Shown in pieces: positions 1 to 14,209 of a stretch of DNA of 64,000 bases (positions are counted from its first letter, which is position 1; each line of letters opens with the position of its first letter). The notes below the pieces were generated by a model. The model was not told where the DNA came from. It saw only the letters and a list, made by a program, of their open reading frames with translations, and ran no database searches. Location of the stretch: assembly GCF_032062105.1 (NCBI RefSeq), contig NW_026931249.1, positions 186,001 to 250,000 on the forward strand. The letters are read 5' to 3'. A program made the translations under genes and the position numbers. Source of the stretch: Saccostrea cucullata. Lineage: Eukaryota.

Positions 1-1046
1 TTACTGTATATGAGTACCTTTAATTTACTATGCGAGAATATGAGGAAATATTTACAAACTCCATAGAAATGTTTCTGTGAATGTAGATGCTAAATAGTAC
101 ACTAGGGCCATCTTTAAAAAATGTTTGGTTGCTTTCCCGACCGACTGACTAAAAAAGACCCGATTAAAAAAAAGATTTTCACACCTACCTACCAACCCAA
201 ATAATTTTATCCTGAGTCAAGAGAGGGCAAGCAAAGTTAACATTATTTTAAAGACGGTCTAGACTAAAGAATTGTAATTTCAAAGTTCTCGAGTGCGTGT
301 CATTAATGACATAAAAATTATAACCATAAGAATGAAAATTACAATAACCTTTAGATAATCCAATATAACACATTATTAGTGAAAAATACGCACATATATT
401 TGAGCAAAAATTTCGAAGTGGCTTATATACCTCTACTTGAGGTTGATGAATGTCTCGGAGAAAGGGCGGTCCAAGACTGTCTGGGTGCGACAATGTGAAC
501 ACCGTTATTAAAATTAATACACACGTCGTCTCTTTACCTGCAGCCATTGTTTTACACATGTTAACACATGTACGGTGTTAACTTTAAACAATAATGAACC
601 AAGGTACTCACAAAACTATAGACATTTATAAATTTCTCAGACAAATTGACAGTTGACCTGTCAAGGGCGTCTGACCTTATAGTATATATATCCTCCCTAC
701 TTAGTCATCTTTAATTCAGTTTTTGGATTCAAACAGTTAAACAGGTATGTTTCAAAATGTATATGGGAGTCAAAAATGTTATATTCTTTATTTACTAAAT
801 TTTTTCTGTGTAGAATATTTCAAAGGAAAGTATTCAAGGTTCATATCCCCTATTTGCTTGTCTAAATGATACTTTAAAATGCATACAATTTCCCAAAAGA
901 ATTTTGTTCATACTTTAATTCTACCACGGTTGCAAAGGTTAGAGGAGAAGCTTTTATAAGTAAAATGCAAACAATTTTAGTATTACTTAGTTTCTACAAG
1001 AGAATCTTTATCTTGACAAAATGAAGAAATAATATAGGATTATCCC

Positions 1047-1184
1047 TTGAGTTATCTCTCTTATCAGAGTACCAGTGAACCTTAAAGCGTTTTCAAATTT
1101 ACTTATGTCACTTGCATTGAGTTATCTCTCTTCAGAGTACCAGTGAACCTTAAAGCGTTTTCAATTTTACTTATGTCACTTGCA
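1047..1184. repeat. Local tandem duplication, 2 x ~69 bp
   Basis: ttgagttatctctctt...agtaccagtgaaccttaaagcgttttcaa...atgtcacttgca occurs twice, head to tail. Confidence 0.9.
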
Positions 1185-1609
1185 ATTAAGTTTTACAATT
1201 TCGAAAAATTTGAAAATTTAAAAGCTGTCCTTTGTCGTTAAGATATAAAATTGAGAAATTTTTATTCAAATTGCTGTAATGATGAAAGTAAAATTTTCTA
1301 AGCTATTGTCTCAAAATGTTTTTTATCGTAAAAATTCTTTGTTTTGCTCCAGAGGAACAAGCTCTCTTTTTACACGCAAGTTTAATTTTTTTGACAATAT
1401 CCTTCGCATTTAAGGGCTGAAATCCTAATGAACATTAAAAACTGTAAATAATATTGACGTATTCGTATAGAACATCTATTGAGACCAGTCGTTGTATTTG
1501 TTTCCATATTAATCAAAGCAGTTCATATGTCTAAACTTTTTAGCAGGAATACAGAAAGGCATGCATCAAAAGGCTAATATACAGTTAAATTTATCGATTA
1601 CAGATAGAC

Positions 1610-1888
1610 ATGAGGACCTCCGTTGCTGTCGTTCTGGCCGTGATGTGCCTGTCCGGTTCGGTTCTGTCACAGACCGCCACTACAGGAACCAACATCTTCC
1701 AGCAGATTGGCTCCTTCATCAGCTCAAACCCAGCACTGGCTCTGTCCTTCGCCGCCCCATTCTTCGCCGCCAACAGTCTCGGACGTAACCCAAGCAGAAT
1801 CATCGTTCCACCGCCCCCACCTTTCATTGCTCCCTTCCCCATCGCCCAACCCCCAATCATGCCAATTGTTGTCCGTGGACACTATTGA
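1610..1888 (+). CDS. Small secreted Pro-rich protein (92 aa), shell-matrix/mantle-like
   Basis: Signal peptide MRTSVAVVLAVMCLSGSVLS|Q, Pro/Ile/Phe-rich C-half, ends RGHY. TATA at 683-690, non-coding exon donor CAG|gtatgt at 744/745, acceptor at 1603, 3'UTR intron 1903-2212, AATAAA at 2352. Confidence 0.85.
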   Translation: MRTSVAVVLAVMCLSGSVLSQTATTGTNIFQQIGSFISSNPALALSFAAPFFAANSLGRNPSRIIVPPPPPFIAPFPIAQPPIMPIVVRGHY

Positions 1889-4800
1889 AAACATCATAAA
1901 ATGTAAGTATTAATTATTATTAAATCAGTATGATATAACGAAAATTTCATTATATGCACTGTACATGATTTCTATGAAGTTTTCGTCAATTATATACTAA
2001 GGACAAATTCAATATTATATTCTAGTTATTAATTACTGGATGTTCAAAATGACACAATTTTTATAAAATCAACGCCATGTTTTTAGATTGAAGTAACTTG
2101 AACTCGAAATCCAAAGAATGTATACAAAACATACACATTATAATCTTTGTATTTACAATAAACTTTGTTATATTTCCCTCCATCTTGTAACATATATTTT
2201 TTTACGTTACAGGTAGTAATTTATTTCCATCATCGCCATCTATTTATTTCACACCAAAAGAAGAAGCGGTTGATCACGAAGTGAGGACGCACAGAACACA
2301 CACAGAATCATGTCCATTTCATCTTGTCCTTCATCTGTTGTTAATGTTTTCAATAAATATCATCATGAATTTTTTTGTCTTTTCTTTTCTTTATTAACAT
2401 GGATTTTTTAAGGTTCTAGATATCAAAATCTCATATTGATCAGGTGGTGCATAAGGGCATGGCAAGCTTAAATTTTGTAACTTAAGATTACAGAAGCCGG
2501 TATGTGCCAAGTATAGGATAATGTTACAGTTTATTATAGTTTATTAGAAGTTAGTTACTACAGTTATTATTATTATAGTTTTCTATTATTTTCAAATCTT
2601 GATCATTGTATGACACAGTTGATAAAGGATACTTAAATTACAAATAGAAAGAACTCTTATTTATGATCAAGATAGTGACGCAATAATGCCTATAGTACAG
2701 TGTCCGTTTCCTGGCTGTGACTATACCACCGCCGACCTAGATGCAGCAATAGAAATATTTTATCTGGCGTTCGCCAAAAAAATTCTATCTGGCACATTCA
2801 AGCTTCCGTTCGTAGTATAATTTTCAAGCCTCAATATTACATCTATCTGCTATATGCAAAACTACTAATTAATGTCATTTTTTAAAGGAGAAATTAAATG
2901 AACGAAAGGAAACTTTTACAAAACCCCCAAACCCGGCCCTAAAAAATATTAATTTTTACGAAAAGTTCAAGAATGAAGATTTATAAATCTGAGCTTGATT
3001 ACGATATCTTTTCCCTATTTCCTCATATTTCCTTGACGGGAAAATCCAGAAAACCAACAAGTCTAAACTTAGGACAGAAAACCTTCATAGATGCCAACGA
3101 AATAACTTTTGTACTAGCGATCGATGTCACCTGTCGATAATTTATAAAGCAGGCCTCGCCATTAGTAAAGATTGACAGATTTCTTCATATAAATCCCTCC
3201 GACGGTTTGGTCTAACCGATATTGTTCCTCCGTGGTTTATGTAGTGTGTGTGGGGCTCTCCGGTAAGTCTTTCGAACTCCCTGTAGAATGTCTCCCTCAC
3301 CCCCAGCCGCCTGCCTCCCACCCTGTGTTCATAACATGTCGTCTTCAATTAAAACTTCTTTTGTTATTAAAACTTTACATTTATACATTCATGAATTTGT
3401 CTTGTCATTTTTGTTGTTTCTTTAACTCCACTAACTCAGCTGTATAAACTATGTTTTTCACTAACTTTACTAACTGGGCTGTATACAATATGTTTTCACT
3501 AATTTTTGAGTAGATAAAAGTTATTTTGAAGATTTTTGCAAAAATTTATTATTTTATTTTTTAATTTTTAAAAAGAATTCCCATCCTAAGATACTGTAAT
3601 AAAGGTTTATTAAACTTTTAAAATTGATAAAATTAATCATTTGATTTCATGATCTAGCCAAAAAACACACAAAAAAGTCGAGTTTACATGTAGTATACTC
3701 TTTTAAAAGTTTCTTCCCTTATTCAAACGACTAAAAAGGTTTTCTGTGCAGCATAAACATAAATTGCAAGTAAATATCAGGGTACACAAATGCGTGTTTC
3801 CACAAAAAATATAGTAAAACAATGCATATAACATAAATTTTAAGAAAAGGCGTGGAACTTGGGCAATGAAAGCTTTTTTTTTGCAGAAAAACTTTTCTTT
3901 TAAAATAAAAATACGATACATGTGCCCTCTACAAAAAATTAGAATTCTTTAATTCAAATTAGCATATGACAAATTTAATGGAAGAATTCTAATTTATTGT
4001 AAAGAACAAATGTTGAGTGCGCTAAATAACATTTTGAATACGCTATTTTATTTTATTTTTTTAAATATTCAATACATGTATAAAGATAAATGCATTCACA
4101 TCATATAAAGATATGTTAGAGAGACAATGCACATATTATAATTACATGTATTTATGTATTACCCTTTATACAAATAGCAATTCAGTAATGAATGGGACAC
4201 TACATGTTTTTTTTTATTAACGACGTAGCAAGTTTTACATGTTACTTGTTGTATGTTGAACCAGGTCATCCAATGGTAAATTGATCGATGATATAGTATT
4301 AAATTTATAAAAACATATCTTTAAAATTAACATCTTGATGTACCTGTTGAAATTAATGAAAAAAATATTTCAGGAAGTTCATTTTTAACATACGATAATA
4401 ATATTTTTGGCTTTAATCTAAAAAATTACAAGCATTTTGCAAAATTACGGATACGTATTCTACACCTTTAAATTTTGTTAAATTTTGATTGATAACTTCC
4501 CTTTTTTAAATATCTCCGCGCCAAAAGAATTCCATTTGCTTTGATGATGTTTCTTTCCTCCTTTTTTGCGATCCTTTAGTTTGCCCATTTCTCATAATTT
4601 TTTTTTCAACAGGTTTCAATAAAACTAACAATTCTGAATTACCTGGGAATTTCAGAAAAGCACATTTAGCACATAATAAAACTATATTTTTATGTGATTT
4701 CATAAACAAATTAAGTGAAAATATAATAGATCTTATTTTTTTTTTCATTTTGCAAATAATTCATAAATAAAATTATATACTATGTCAAAAATTCCCTCTC

Positions 4801-4964
4801 CTTAAAAAAGAAAGAAATTATTGTTAAAATGTTTGCCAAAACTCCCACACATGCTATTTATATATCTAATTTTAATCAAATACTGATTATCTAATAATTC
4901 ATTAATAAAATCATATGAAATTTTGGATAAAGTTTCGCCTTAATATAAAAATATAAAAATAATG

Positions 4965-5060
4965 CCCTGTTCACACGACGAGTTTAATTCGCAGTAAACT
5001 AATGCGAAGTAAACTAATGCGAATCAAATTAATGCGAATTAAATTGCGTTCACACGACAG
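4965..5060. mobile_element. DNA-transposon end fragment with 14-bp subterminal repeats
   Basis: gccctgttcacacgac start, aaactaatgcgaa-type unit x3, then a second gttcacacgac. Confidence 0.45.
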
Positions 5061-6662
5061 CACGAAGTATGTCGAATTAAATTTACATGGCAGATATTAT
5101 TTGTAAAGCACGTCATGTATAAAAAGCCATCCTTTGATACAAAAATATTCATTGATTTTACAAGTATTTCTCAATTTTTAAAAATATACATGTAGCCCAA
5201 ATATATATAACCACCAAACTTTTTAATTCTGGACAACATGTCAAAAAATTGTTATCTTCTTAGCGTTCACACGGAAATCGTAATTTGATGAGTAAAAGAC
5301 AAAGCTGATGTCAATTATGATTTTCAAGTGGATAAAAATTCAGTAATTTTACGTTTAATTAAAAAGTGAACAGTGTAAAATAATTTGTTATAGTAATTTT
5401 TTCATGTATATTTAAAGTGTATTCAAAGAAATCACAATAATGAACGTCAGTTAAAACACTACACACGTCCTACAGCTATGTTGATTTTTTTTTATCAAGG
5501 CCATGATACTTAGAGGCCGTGGATTTTGCACGCGGCGTGGTAATACTACTTTTCAAGAAATGATTTTCAATCGATCAAATCTGATCATTTTTTTTATGAA
5601 AGAATAACAAATTGTATCAAATAGAGCTATTTCATATTATCTAATAGATATTCTTAGGAATATAATTGTCAAAAAAGTAGATATTACACTCAACATTCTA
5701 CATCTTATCACGTGACAAATAAAAAAATATAACAGTTTGGCAATACAAATATTTTTAAAATATTTTAATGATTTAATCATAATTAATGTCTCAATGGACT
5801 AAGAACACGGCCGTAATATAGAACTCTTTCTGGTCAGTGACAGCCGCCGTTAACCTATTTGTCAATGTCGCTTACCTGTCTATCGGAGGGGAGACACATT
5901 TATTGCTAACACCGTCAGGGATCGAATTACGACTTCACTGATCTCTGACCTACTTCTTTTAGTACTTGTAGTTAAACGTTACGACCTCGAAGTACTTATG
6001 AAAGGAATGTGACATCATAATCGGTTGAATTTTTTCTACGTTTTTCTTTTGCTGACGATTTCCTTGCAACAGAACAGTAGTCAAAAATCGTCTCGCAGTT
6101 TTAGACTTGAGTCGGAAATTGCATATTGTCCTAAACTTTTATCATAAAAATACAATTTTTGAAGTTTTTTTTCTTTGATATGTAAATTGTGTGCTAATAG
6201 ATTCAATTATTATTTTACAATAAATATTCATTTTATGAAGGACAAAAATTTTGACCCATGCTATCTGAGACTGCTGCATGATCTTGGGGTCAGAATTAAA
6301 ATGTTAGATATACTGAGTACATGTAAGGCGCGGATCAAGAATCTTATACCGGTACTAGAAAAGGCTGGAAAACTTTGAAGTTCAAAGCAGACCAAGCCCT
6401 GAGAGCCAATGTTCGTAGGAGGAGGGGGTGGAAGCAAAGACTCCATAAGTTTCTAAGAATTGGCAATATTTAGATATAAGAAACATAATGGACTGCAATG
6501 ATTTTAATTAACTTTTTGAAAATGGAACTGAAGTGAATATAATCACATTTAGAAAGTCTGTTAGTGTTATGCCATCTTTTAAAGAGGAGAGGGCAACCAA
6601 ACAGTCTTATTGTGTCTTTTGGATGTCATTCTTATACATGTAAATGTAGTAAGCTTTTTTTT

Positions 6663-6880
6663 TACTTTGAAATCACTAATTTTAGTGGGGGGTTAATTTT
6701 AGTGATTTTCAAGTTATGAGAAGACACACGAATTTATACCAACCACGAAATGCAATTTTTCACATATATATATATATACTACTGAACAATTCTTCAACCA
6801 CGAAATCAAATCCCAATGAACCAATATATTTTCATCACACCAAGAAGTGTGGCCCTTCGAAAATATGTGATTTTACAGTA
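6663..6880. mobile_element. MITE with imperfect terminal inverted repeats
   Basis: tactttgaaatcac at the left end versus gtgattttacagta at the right end. Confidence 0.55.
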
Positions 6881-7148
6881 TTACGCACAGCAATCTTTGT
6901 AGGATCTACGGTTTTGGATTTTAACATTTAGAAGAAATTCTGAAAACAGCCGTTTCAGTCAAATATTTATTTTTGATGCATGTCTTATATTTATTATATG
7001 AATACTCATTGACCCATTAATCTCATCTCCAGTTGTCTTGTATGCATTTTTTTTAAAAAACTTTCTTCTGCTTTTAAAATATGAACACTGAAAACTGAAT
7101 TTAAGATAAATTGTATTTTTTAAGTATTTTTTTTTCGTTTAGACCACC

Positions 7149-8270
7149 ATGTTGACAAAACAATTGTTGCTTGCTCTGATTTTTGCGGCCATGATGGCCC
7201 TCAGTTCAGCGCAGACTACAGCATTGGCCAACATTGGAACAGGGGGCGCTTTTCTGGCAGGACTAGCACTTCCGTTTATTTTTAATCAGTTCCGGCGACC
7301 ACCTCTTCCTGTGGTAGTTCCGTATCCGATACAGACCAACTTCCCACCTCAATTTTTCAACCCGTACCCTCGAGTACCTTTCCTCCCAGGTAAAATCGGC
7401 ATCAATTTACCTTTTATATATAGGATCTTCTTATCTCAAAATATATTAAGAATCATTGATAGTCTGAGAAGAAAGATAACTCTTAACAGGATAAAATTTG
7501 TCTATAGATGATAACTCTACAAATTGGAAAGTCTTTAATGATCATGTCCAGTTTTGACCCACAAGCTTTGCATTTTACTTATAAACTACGTGTTCATTTC
7601 TTTTGGAACATTATAAGCGTTAAAGCAAGATTTTAAACGAGTGAACATAATATTTATAAACCCTATTTTAAAGCTATATTAAGGGTTTAAAAAAAATATA
7701 ACAAAAGATAGAGTGTAGATATTTATTATAAAGTTTTATATTAAAATATAATCTAGGGTAAAATAATTTATATATTTCCCCTGGACATTGTATATGTATA
7801 CACTGATAATTATATTTTTTTCTCCAAAATTGACGATTTAGGTATAATAGTTTTTTTTATTCCATTCAAACCATTCTTTTCATGTTGACAAAATCTATGA
7901 GAATACGGTAAATGATCAAGTTATGTCATAAATTTGAATCCAGATTGGCCTATTTTGAAAAATAAGCAATTTTCTTCTTATCACCATGATCATAGGAAAA
8001 AATAGGATTGATTTACAGAGTTATGCCTCTTTTTCCTAGGTACATGTATTAGATATCATGCATGCCGAATCATTAGATTTTTCTAAACTATTTTCACTGT
8101 ATAGATAGTTTAAATAAACTTGAAAATTATTTTGCACAAAACAGTTTCATTGGTAGTTATTTTGAGGTCGGTCAAAATTGATTATACACATACGTGTACA
8201 ATTGTTTGATTGATTAATTAAATAATGTACTCTGTATTCTGTTGCAGGCGCCCCAGGGTTCTTTGGTTAA
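7149..8270 (+). CDS. Small secreted Pro/Phe-rich protein (87 aa; exons 7149-7389, 8248-8270)
   Basis: Acceptor ag at 7141-7142 followed by accaccATG; signal peptide ...LSSA|Q; phase-1 intron CCAG|gtaaaa...ttgcag|GC gives ...PFLPGAPGFFG*; AATAAA at ~8329. The ORF-track tail is intron read-through. Confidence 0.8.
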
Positions 8271-9443
8271 AGTGGAAAACCCTTTGAACTTCCTGTCTGC
8301 TGTTTTATTATTACATATTATAATAATTAATAAAAAAAAACATTATTGCACTGAGCCTCTTCATGTTTTCATATTTGTAAAGTTAAAGTAAAAAAATAAA
8401 CATGTGGTTAAAACAATATGAGCTGCATTTTTGTACAGATAAATTTGTATGTAATCTAAACCTTTTTGATCAATCAGACTATAAAATAAATAAAGTATTA
8501 AATTGTTTCAGAAGAAATACTTCTATACAATAGAATATACCGTATTATATGTAGATCATTATTGTACAGGACGACAATATATATGTGATTATTATTCAAA
8601 ACAGTTTTTGTTACATGTGTTTTAGTGCAAGTGTTTTATTCTAATATCTAATAAAAGGTCAACTGAAACAGTTCTCAAAATGCCATTAAACTACTTTCTA
8701 GGAGAAGTTGATATCTTAACAAAAAATTGCCGTAAACATGATTTTTTTTTTTTAAACCTATAACTGTGCTTCGAAATTCAGGTTCATATGAACTGAATTA
8801 TTCATCAATTTCAGTATTTAAGGTAATCAATTTATAACGACCATATTTTGTGCCTAATAAATGAATGATCCGATATTTTTAATCATGGTAGCATTTTGAA
8901 GATGCTGTCAAATAAAATGCTCCAGCAATGGAATTTATATAATTTTGATTAATGTCCAATGAATTGCACCTTGAATTTTACATTGATGTCGATGGACAGC
9001 GCATTTTTTACCAGGTATTGTTAAAGTAATTTGAATTTGAAACAAATCTCTTGGTGAAAATATGTATTAACTTCCACTTTATTAAATTATGAAATAAAAT
9101 AAATTATTTAGCACAGAAACTTTGAAAAATCAAAAATTTTCTTCTTTTCATCAAGGGAAGATAACTCTTCAGAAACCTTTAACGTGCAAAATTACTGTCT
9201 CCTTAGATGTTATCAGTCTTGTGAATTTGGTTCATTTCACTTTTATCTAAATCCCGGGCTTCATTATACATTGAAAATAGTACCTTAAGATCACATAAGT
9301 GACATAACTGCCCTTCAGTGGCATCGCTCATGGAATGGAGACTGCTAATGACGGGACACGGACGAAAGACTCGAAAATTTACCTGAAAAAAAACTTTAAA
9401 GTGACAGTGCAGATGATCAGTGACAAGAAAGAGCCCCCCCCCC

Positions 9444-9486
<43 letters not shown>

Positions 9487-9996
9487 TTTTGATTTTTTTT
9501 TCTGTCAACCTTTAATTGTAATACATGTATATATATTTCTTGCATTACACTGCACTAGTAAACTAATAATGATAATTTTATCACATTATGTTTTTGTTTT
9601 AAAATGCATTTATTTAATTTAAATTTTTGTTATTTTTGTAATGAAAAGAAATTTAGAACCAACCTTTTTGTTAGATGTTTGATATGTTTCTGGGTGTGTG
9701 TGTGTGTAGGGGGGGGGGGGGGGTGGGGGTGTTCAATTTGGTTTTTTTTTTGGACTTTACATGGCTATATAAAATTGTAAATCACAAGGGTGAATAACTC
9801 TCAAAGCTACTTCAAATACTATAGAACTAATTTACCATACATTTCCTTTTCATCGCATTCTCAAAGTCTCTGTTATCTGTTATAGACTGGGAAGGTTAAA
9901 TATTAGTCCAAATGTAGGTGAAAGTAGACCATATATAGCATATCTAGAACAATGTCAGGGCAGTGTGTTAAATAATCAAAATTTTTGGAATATTAA

Positions 9997-10266
9997 ACTA
10001 GAGGTACTGTGAGCAGTAAAAATATATTTAAATTTTTTTTTACCATAGAATATAAAGAGAATTTCCATGTTTTGCTCTGGAAAATCAAAAATATATGTCA
10101 GATCAAAAAGTAAAATAGGAGGTGCACAATGGCAATATGTAAATAAGAATCTGTGAAAGTTTCAATAAATTTCCTTCAGTGGTATGAGAGGAGTTGCGGA
10201 TAAGAGATGGGTACCCCAAAGCGTAACAGACGGACGGACGGACTCACTTTTCAAGCGGGGGTATAA
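9997..10266 (-). mobile_element. Non-autonomous Helentron-associated (HINE-like) fragment
   Basis: (GACG)n microsatellite next to gcgggggtataa end; internal segment resembles the satellite-bearing elements nearby. Confidence 0.5.
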
Positions 10267-10589
10267 TTACAAGTTATTGTTTTATTGACACCTAGGTGCC
10301 CCACATGTAATAATAATATACATATTTTTTTAAGAAATGAAAGAGTTTCTTTCACCTTTTTTGTATTTCTGTGTCATCTTGTGGCAATGAAAACCATGGG
10401 TGTTAAGAAAAGATTTGTCACCGGTAGGTGACTTTAGAATAAAATATGATTCCCATCAATGAAACGACGAACAAAATTATCCAAAGATTGCAAAAACTTA
10501 TACAAAAAATAACAAAACAGAACATAAACAAGTAAACAACCAGATGTAAAACAATTTCAAGCACAAAACAATTTCTTTTTTTATTTTTC

Positions 10590-11477
10590 ATGAAATATAT
10601 AGGAAAAATTAATATACCTCTTTCATACAAGAACTACTGGGCTTGAAAAGTGGGAGGGTATATGTGGAAGCATCCTGGGATAGTGTAGATTCTAAATTGT
10701 AAAAATCATGACCCCGTCTGTCCGTCCGTCTGTTACACAATGGGGAATCAAAGTTTTATCCGCAGAAATATATAGTGAAAAATTTGGAAAACTTTCACAG
10801 AATCTTTATTACATATTGAAATTTGTGCAAGCATTCTTGGGCTTTTTAATTCGTATATTTTGGATTGACCCCAGGGCAAAACATGGCCACAATGGAATGA
10901 CAGTTTTACATAGAAATATATAGGAAAAATCTTTGAAAATCTTCTTCTCAAGAACCACTGGGCCAGAAAAGTTTTGAAACTTATGTGGAAGCATCCTGGT
11001 ATAGTGTAGATTAAATTAAATCATGAGGGGTGATCAAAAAGTGGGGCCACAATTGGTAATTCAAAGTTTTACATAGAAATATATAGGAAAAATCTTTGAA
11101 AATCTTCTTCTAAGAACCACCGGGCAGTAGAAAAGTTGAAACTTATGTGGAAGCATTCTTGGGTAATGTAGATTTAAAATTGTTCAAATCATGACCCCCA
11201 GGGGAAGGGTGGAGCCTTAATGGGGGGATCAAAGTTTTACATAAAAATATATAGGAAAAATCTTTGAAAATCTTCTCAAGAACCACTGGGCCAGAAAAGC
11301 AGAAACTTATTTGCACATGGAAGGATCCTGGGGTAGTTGATTTCAAAATGTCTAAATTATGATCAGTGGGGTAGGGTGGGGATACATTATGTATTACAAG
11401 GGGGAAATCTGGTAAAGAAGTACAGAATGATAAACGTTCTCAGGTGAACAATATGTAATGAAAATGGGCCTCTTGTT
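10590..11477 (+). repeat. ~165-bp satellite array (Cg170-like, 4-5 units) within a HINE/Helentron-type element
   Basis: aaatatataggaaaaatctttgaaaatcttc recurs at ~10914, 11077 and 11245, with degenerate copies at 10593 and 10766; ends ctcaggtga...gggcctcttgtt. The family name is from recall, not a search. Confidence 0.7.
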
Positions 11478-14151
11478 TGTATATATTTCTGTGTCATCTT
11501 GTTGCAATGAAAACTATGGGTGTTAAGGAAAGATTTGTCACCGGTGGATGACTTTTGAATAAAATATGATTCCCATCAATAAAACGACAAACAAAATTAT
11601 GCAAAGATTGCAAAAACTTATACCAAAAAAAAAGTATAAAAAGAGAACATGTAGAACATAATAGAACAAAAACAGGTAAACAATCAGATGTAAAACAATT
11701 AGATAGATAGACATAAGTAAACAACAAAGTTCAATTTGAGAGTCCTTCCTCGCCATCACCATAAAAGCACGCGTAACCAACAGCAGGGAAGGTTATTGCA
11801 TATAAGTTTTCTGTGACATCAACCCGTTATTCTAAAATTATCACATGTTTACCACCCAAAAGTTGAGTTACTGGGGACTAAAAACTAGACAGTGTTATCT
11901 TATATTTCCATTTCATTGTGAAATAAAAGTAGACTTAAACATTAAGAATCCAGACTAATCGATTTAAATTACACGAGGACTTCCATGCCAATTTCAATAG
12001 TCCTCGAACACTGACGTCAAACACAAAAGCAGCTGCACGAGATTTACATGCATATTTGGCCTCCTTAGCGTCAGACACAGAGACAGATGCCCACGCCCAG
12101 ATTTGGCAATTTGTGCCTCTTTAGCTGCTATTTCCAGTTTTGACCTGATAATTTACATTCCGGGAGAAAAATTATCGGGAAATCAACTCCGCTTACTTTC
12201 AAAGGGTTATTATAGAGGAATAATTTAGAAATGGAAATATTAGAACATAAACAAGTAAACAACCAGATGTAAAACAATTTACAAGCATAAAACAATTTCC
12301 TTTTATTTTTCATGGCTCATATCATCAAATTAATATACCTCTTTCATACATTTATTTTGGGTTTGTTATTTTAATTCAAAATGCAATCGGAACATCACTA
12401 AGCTTTTTTCGTCAAGTCAACTTGACGGAAAATTCAAAATGGGTTATGTTTTAGGCATATAGGAAAATGGAAAAAAAAAAACTGCTCAATATTTGATTTA
12501 GTCGGAACTTAAAATCATCATATACATACAAATTGTTTGTATTAGCATTTCTTTGCCGTTGCATTGAAGAGTGCAATGCAGTTTAAAAAAAAAAGGGAGA
12601 TGGACGAATGGGGAGTGGAAAATGCCAAACTTCGAACCCGAAGGATTTCGCATTAATAAAATTTTAAAATAAATACAAATTTCTTTTGAGGTTTATATCA
12701 TTTTGTATTCCTTGTTCGCATTTATGTATCTGAAGATATGCATCATATGAAATTATTGGTAATATAATTATGGCTAATTATTTACGTTAAAGTGTTTTCT
12801 ACTTGAATTTGGCATGGGGAAACAATAAAAATACAACAAAAAATCATACAAGAAATATCTTTTATCCTCTTCACATTAGCTTTATCTCTGTTATATGAAA
12901 TGCCTTGTTTTGACTCTCATGTTTATAGACAAGAAAGATAAGGTTCTGGTCAAACGGCCGGCATTTTTAGGTCAAGAATTAGAATGGAGATAATTATATA
13001 TTTATCTTAGTTAACAAGGATTCTATACATTGATGATGTTTTACTATCACAATGTTTAGAGAAGTATTCAGAACATACAACCCTATAGTATAAGCATATT
13101 GAACCTACTTGATAAATGATAAAATGCTTGTTGTGGTAATGCTCCATTTGCCAAAGATGTCTCTCTTTTTTTCTAAGAAGGTTTTACAGGAAATTACAAC
13201 AAATATTTATACTTGTGCCCTTTCGCATGTAGTGAAAAGGGGAAAAAGCAATACTTGTTTATGATGAGTATTTAACGATTTTTAAACAAAAGTAAAAAGC
13301 AGGGACATTTTTTTCTTTACACTGCATTGCAATACTATTCTAAATCTTGGATCAACATTGCATGTAAAAGCAGTAGGTTTAATTGTAATCAATAAAACTA
13401 GAATAAATTGACGGAAATTTGCTCCATTTATCATTAGAATATTTTATACACTATTTGTCACGAATTAAGTAAGATTAGAGCTAATGCAAAAATAGTTCAA
13501 ATGCACGTTTAAGACGTAGTTCTAAGTAGGAGTTGCAAATCTAAATTCTATTTCGATAATAGAATAGATATGTAGGTCACGAAAAATTGCACACCTAAAC
13601 TATCAATTAATCATTTCAAAATCTGACAAGAATTGTGTTGATTTGGTCACCCTGCCTTTTTCATACACCCCAAAAGATTATACACATCAATCATAATTAA
13701 TAAAAAGGTTTTGATTCAGGTAGTACATTTGTCTTGAACATAATTCACAAGTAGTAAATTAGTGAGGAAAATAAGAATTTGTTATCGCAAAAACATGGCA
13801 AACATAATTTCTCTTGAATTGCTACATAATTGAAAAAGTTAAAAAAAAATATTTTTTTTTATTGAAACTGATATACTGACCACTGGAGTCAAATAATCCA
13901 AAATAATACTGAGGAAAATAAAACTTTTCTCGCCCTATGGACTAGAATGAAAATTACTAAATTCAATAAATCAAAACTTTTCAGTTTTTGTGAATAAAAA
14001 AATTATACTTCTCTTGAAAATATTATCAAAAAAGATAATAAACTTCGAGGCGACCCAATTATTAACATGAAAGTTTTGGAAGATATCTGAGCACTGACGA
14101 ATTCAGCACTGTCCTGAAAAGCCCCCATATGGCCTTGACAGACAAAACCAA

Positions 14152-14209
14152 TATAAAAGTCTGATCACACTGCATAAACAGCGAACAGATCATACAGCTT
14201 TTGAACAAG
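14152..14209 (+). promoter_or_regulatory. TATA box and non-coding exon 1 of thaumatin-like gene 1
   Basis: TATAAAA at 14152-14158; donor AAG|gtaggt at 14209/14210. Confidence 0.6.

Noticed and set aside
3142-3348. GC-richer 68-aa ORF
   Set aside because: No recognisable motif or splice context; left unassigned.
7390-7511. Basic tail of the 120-aa ORF
   Set aside because: Follows a donor site and a composition shift; a downstream exon with a polyA signal completes the gene.
9203-9622. Poly-Lys and poly-Phe ORFs
   Set aside because: Produced by C and A homopolymer runs.
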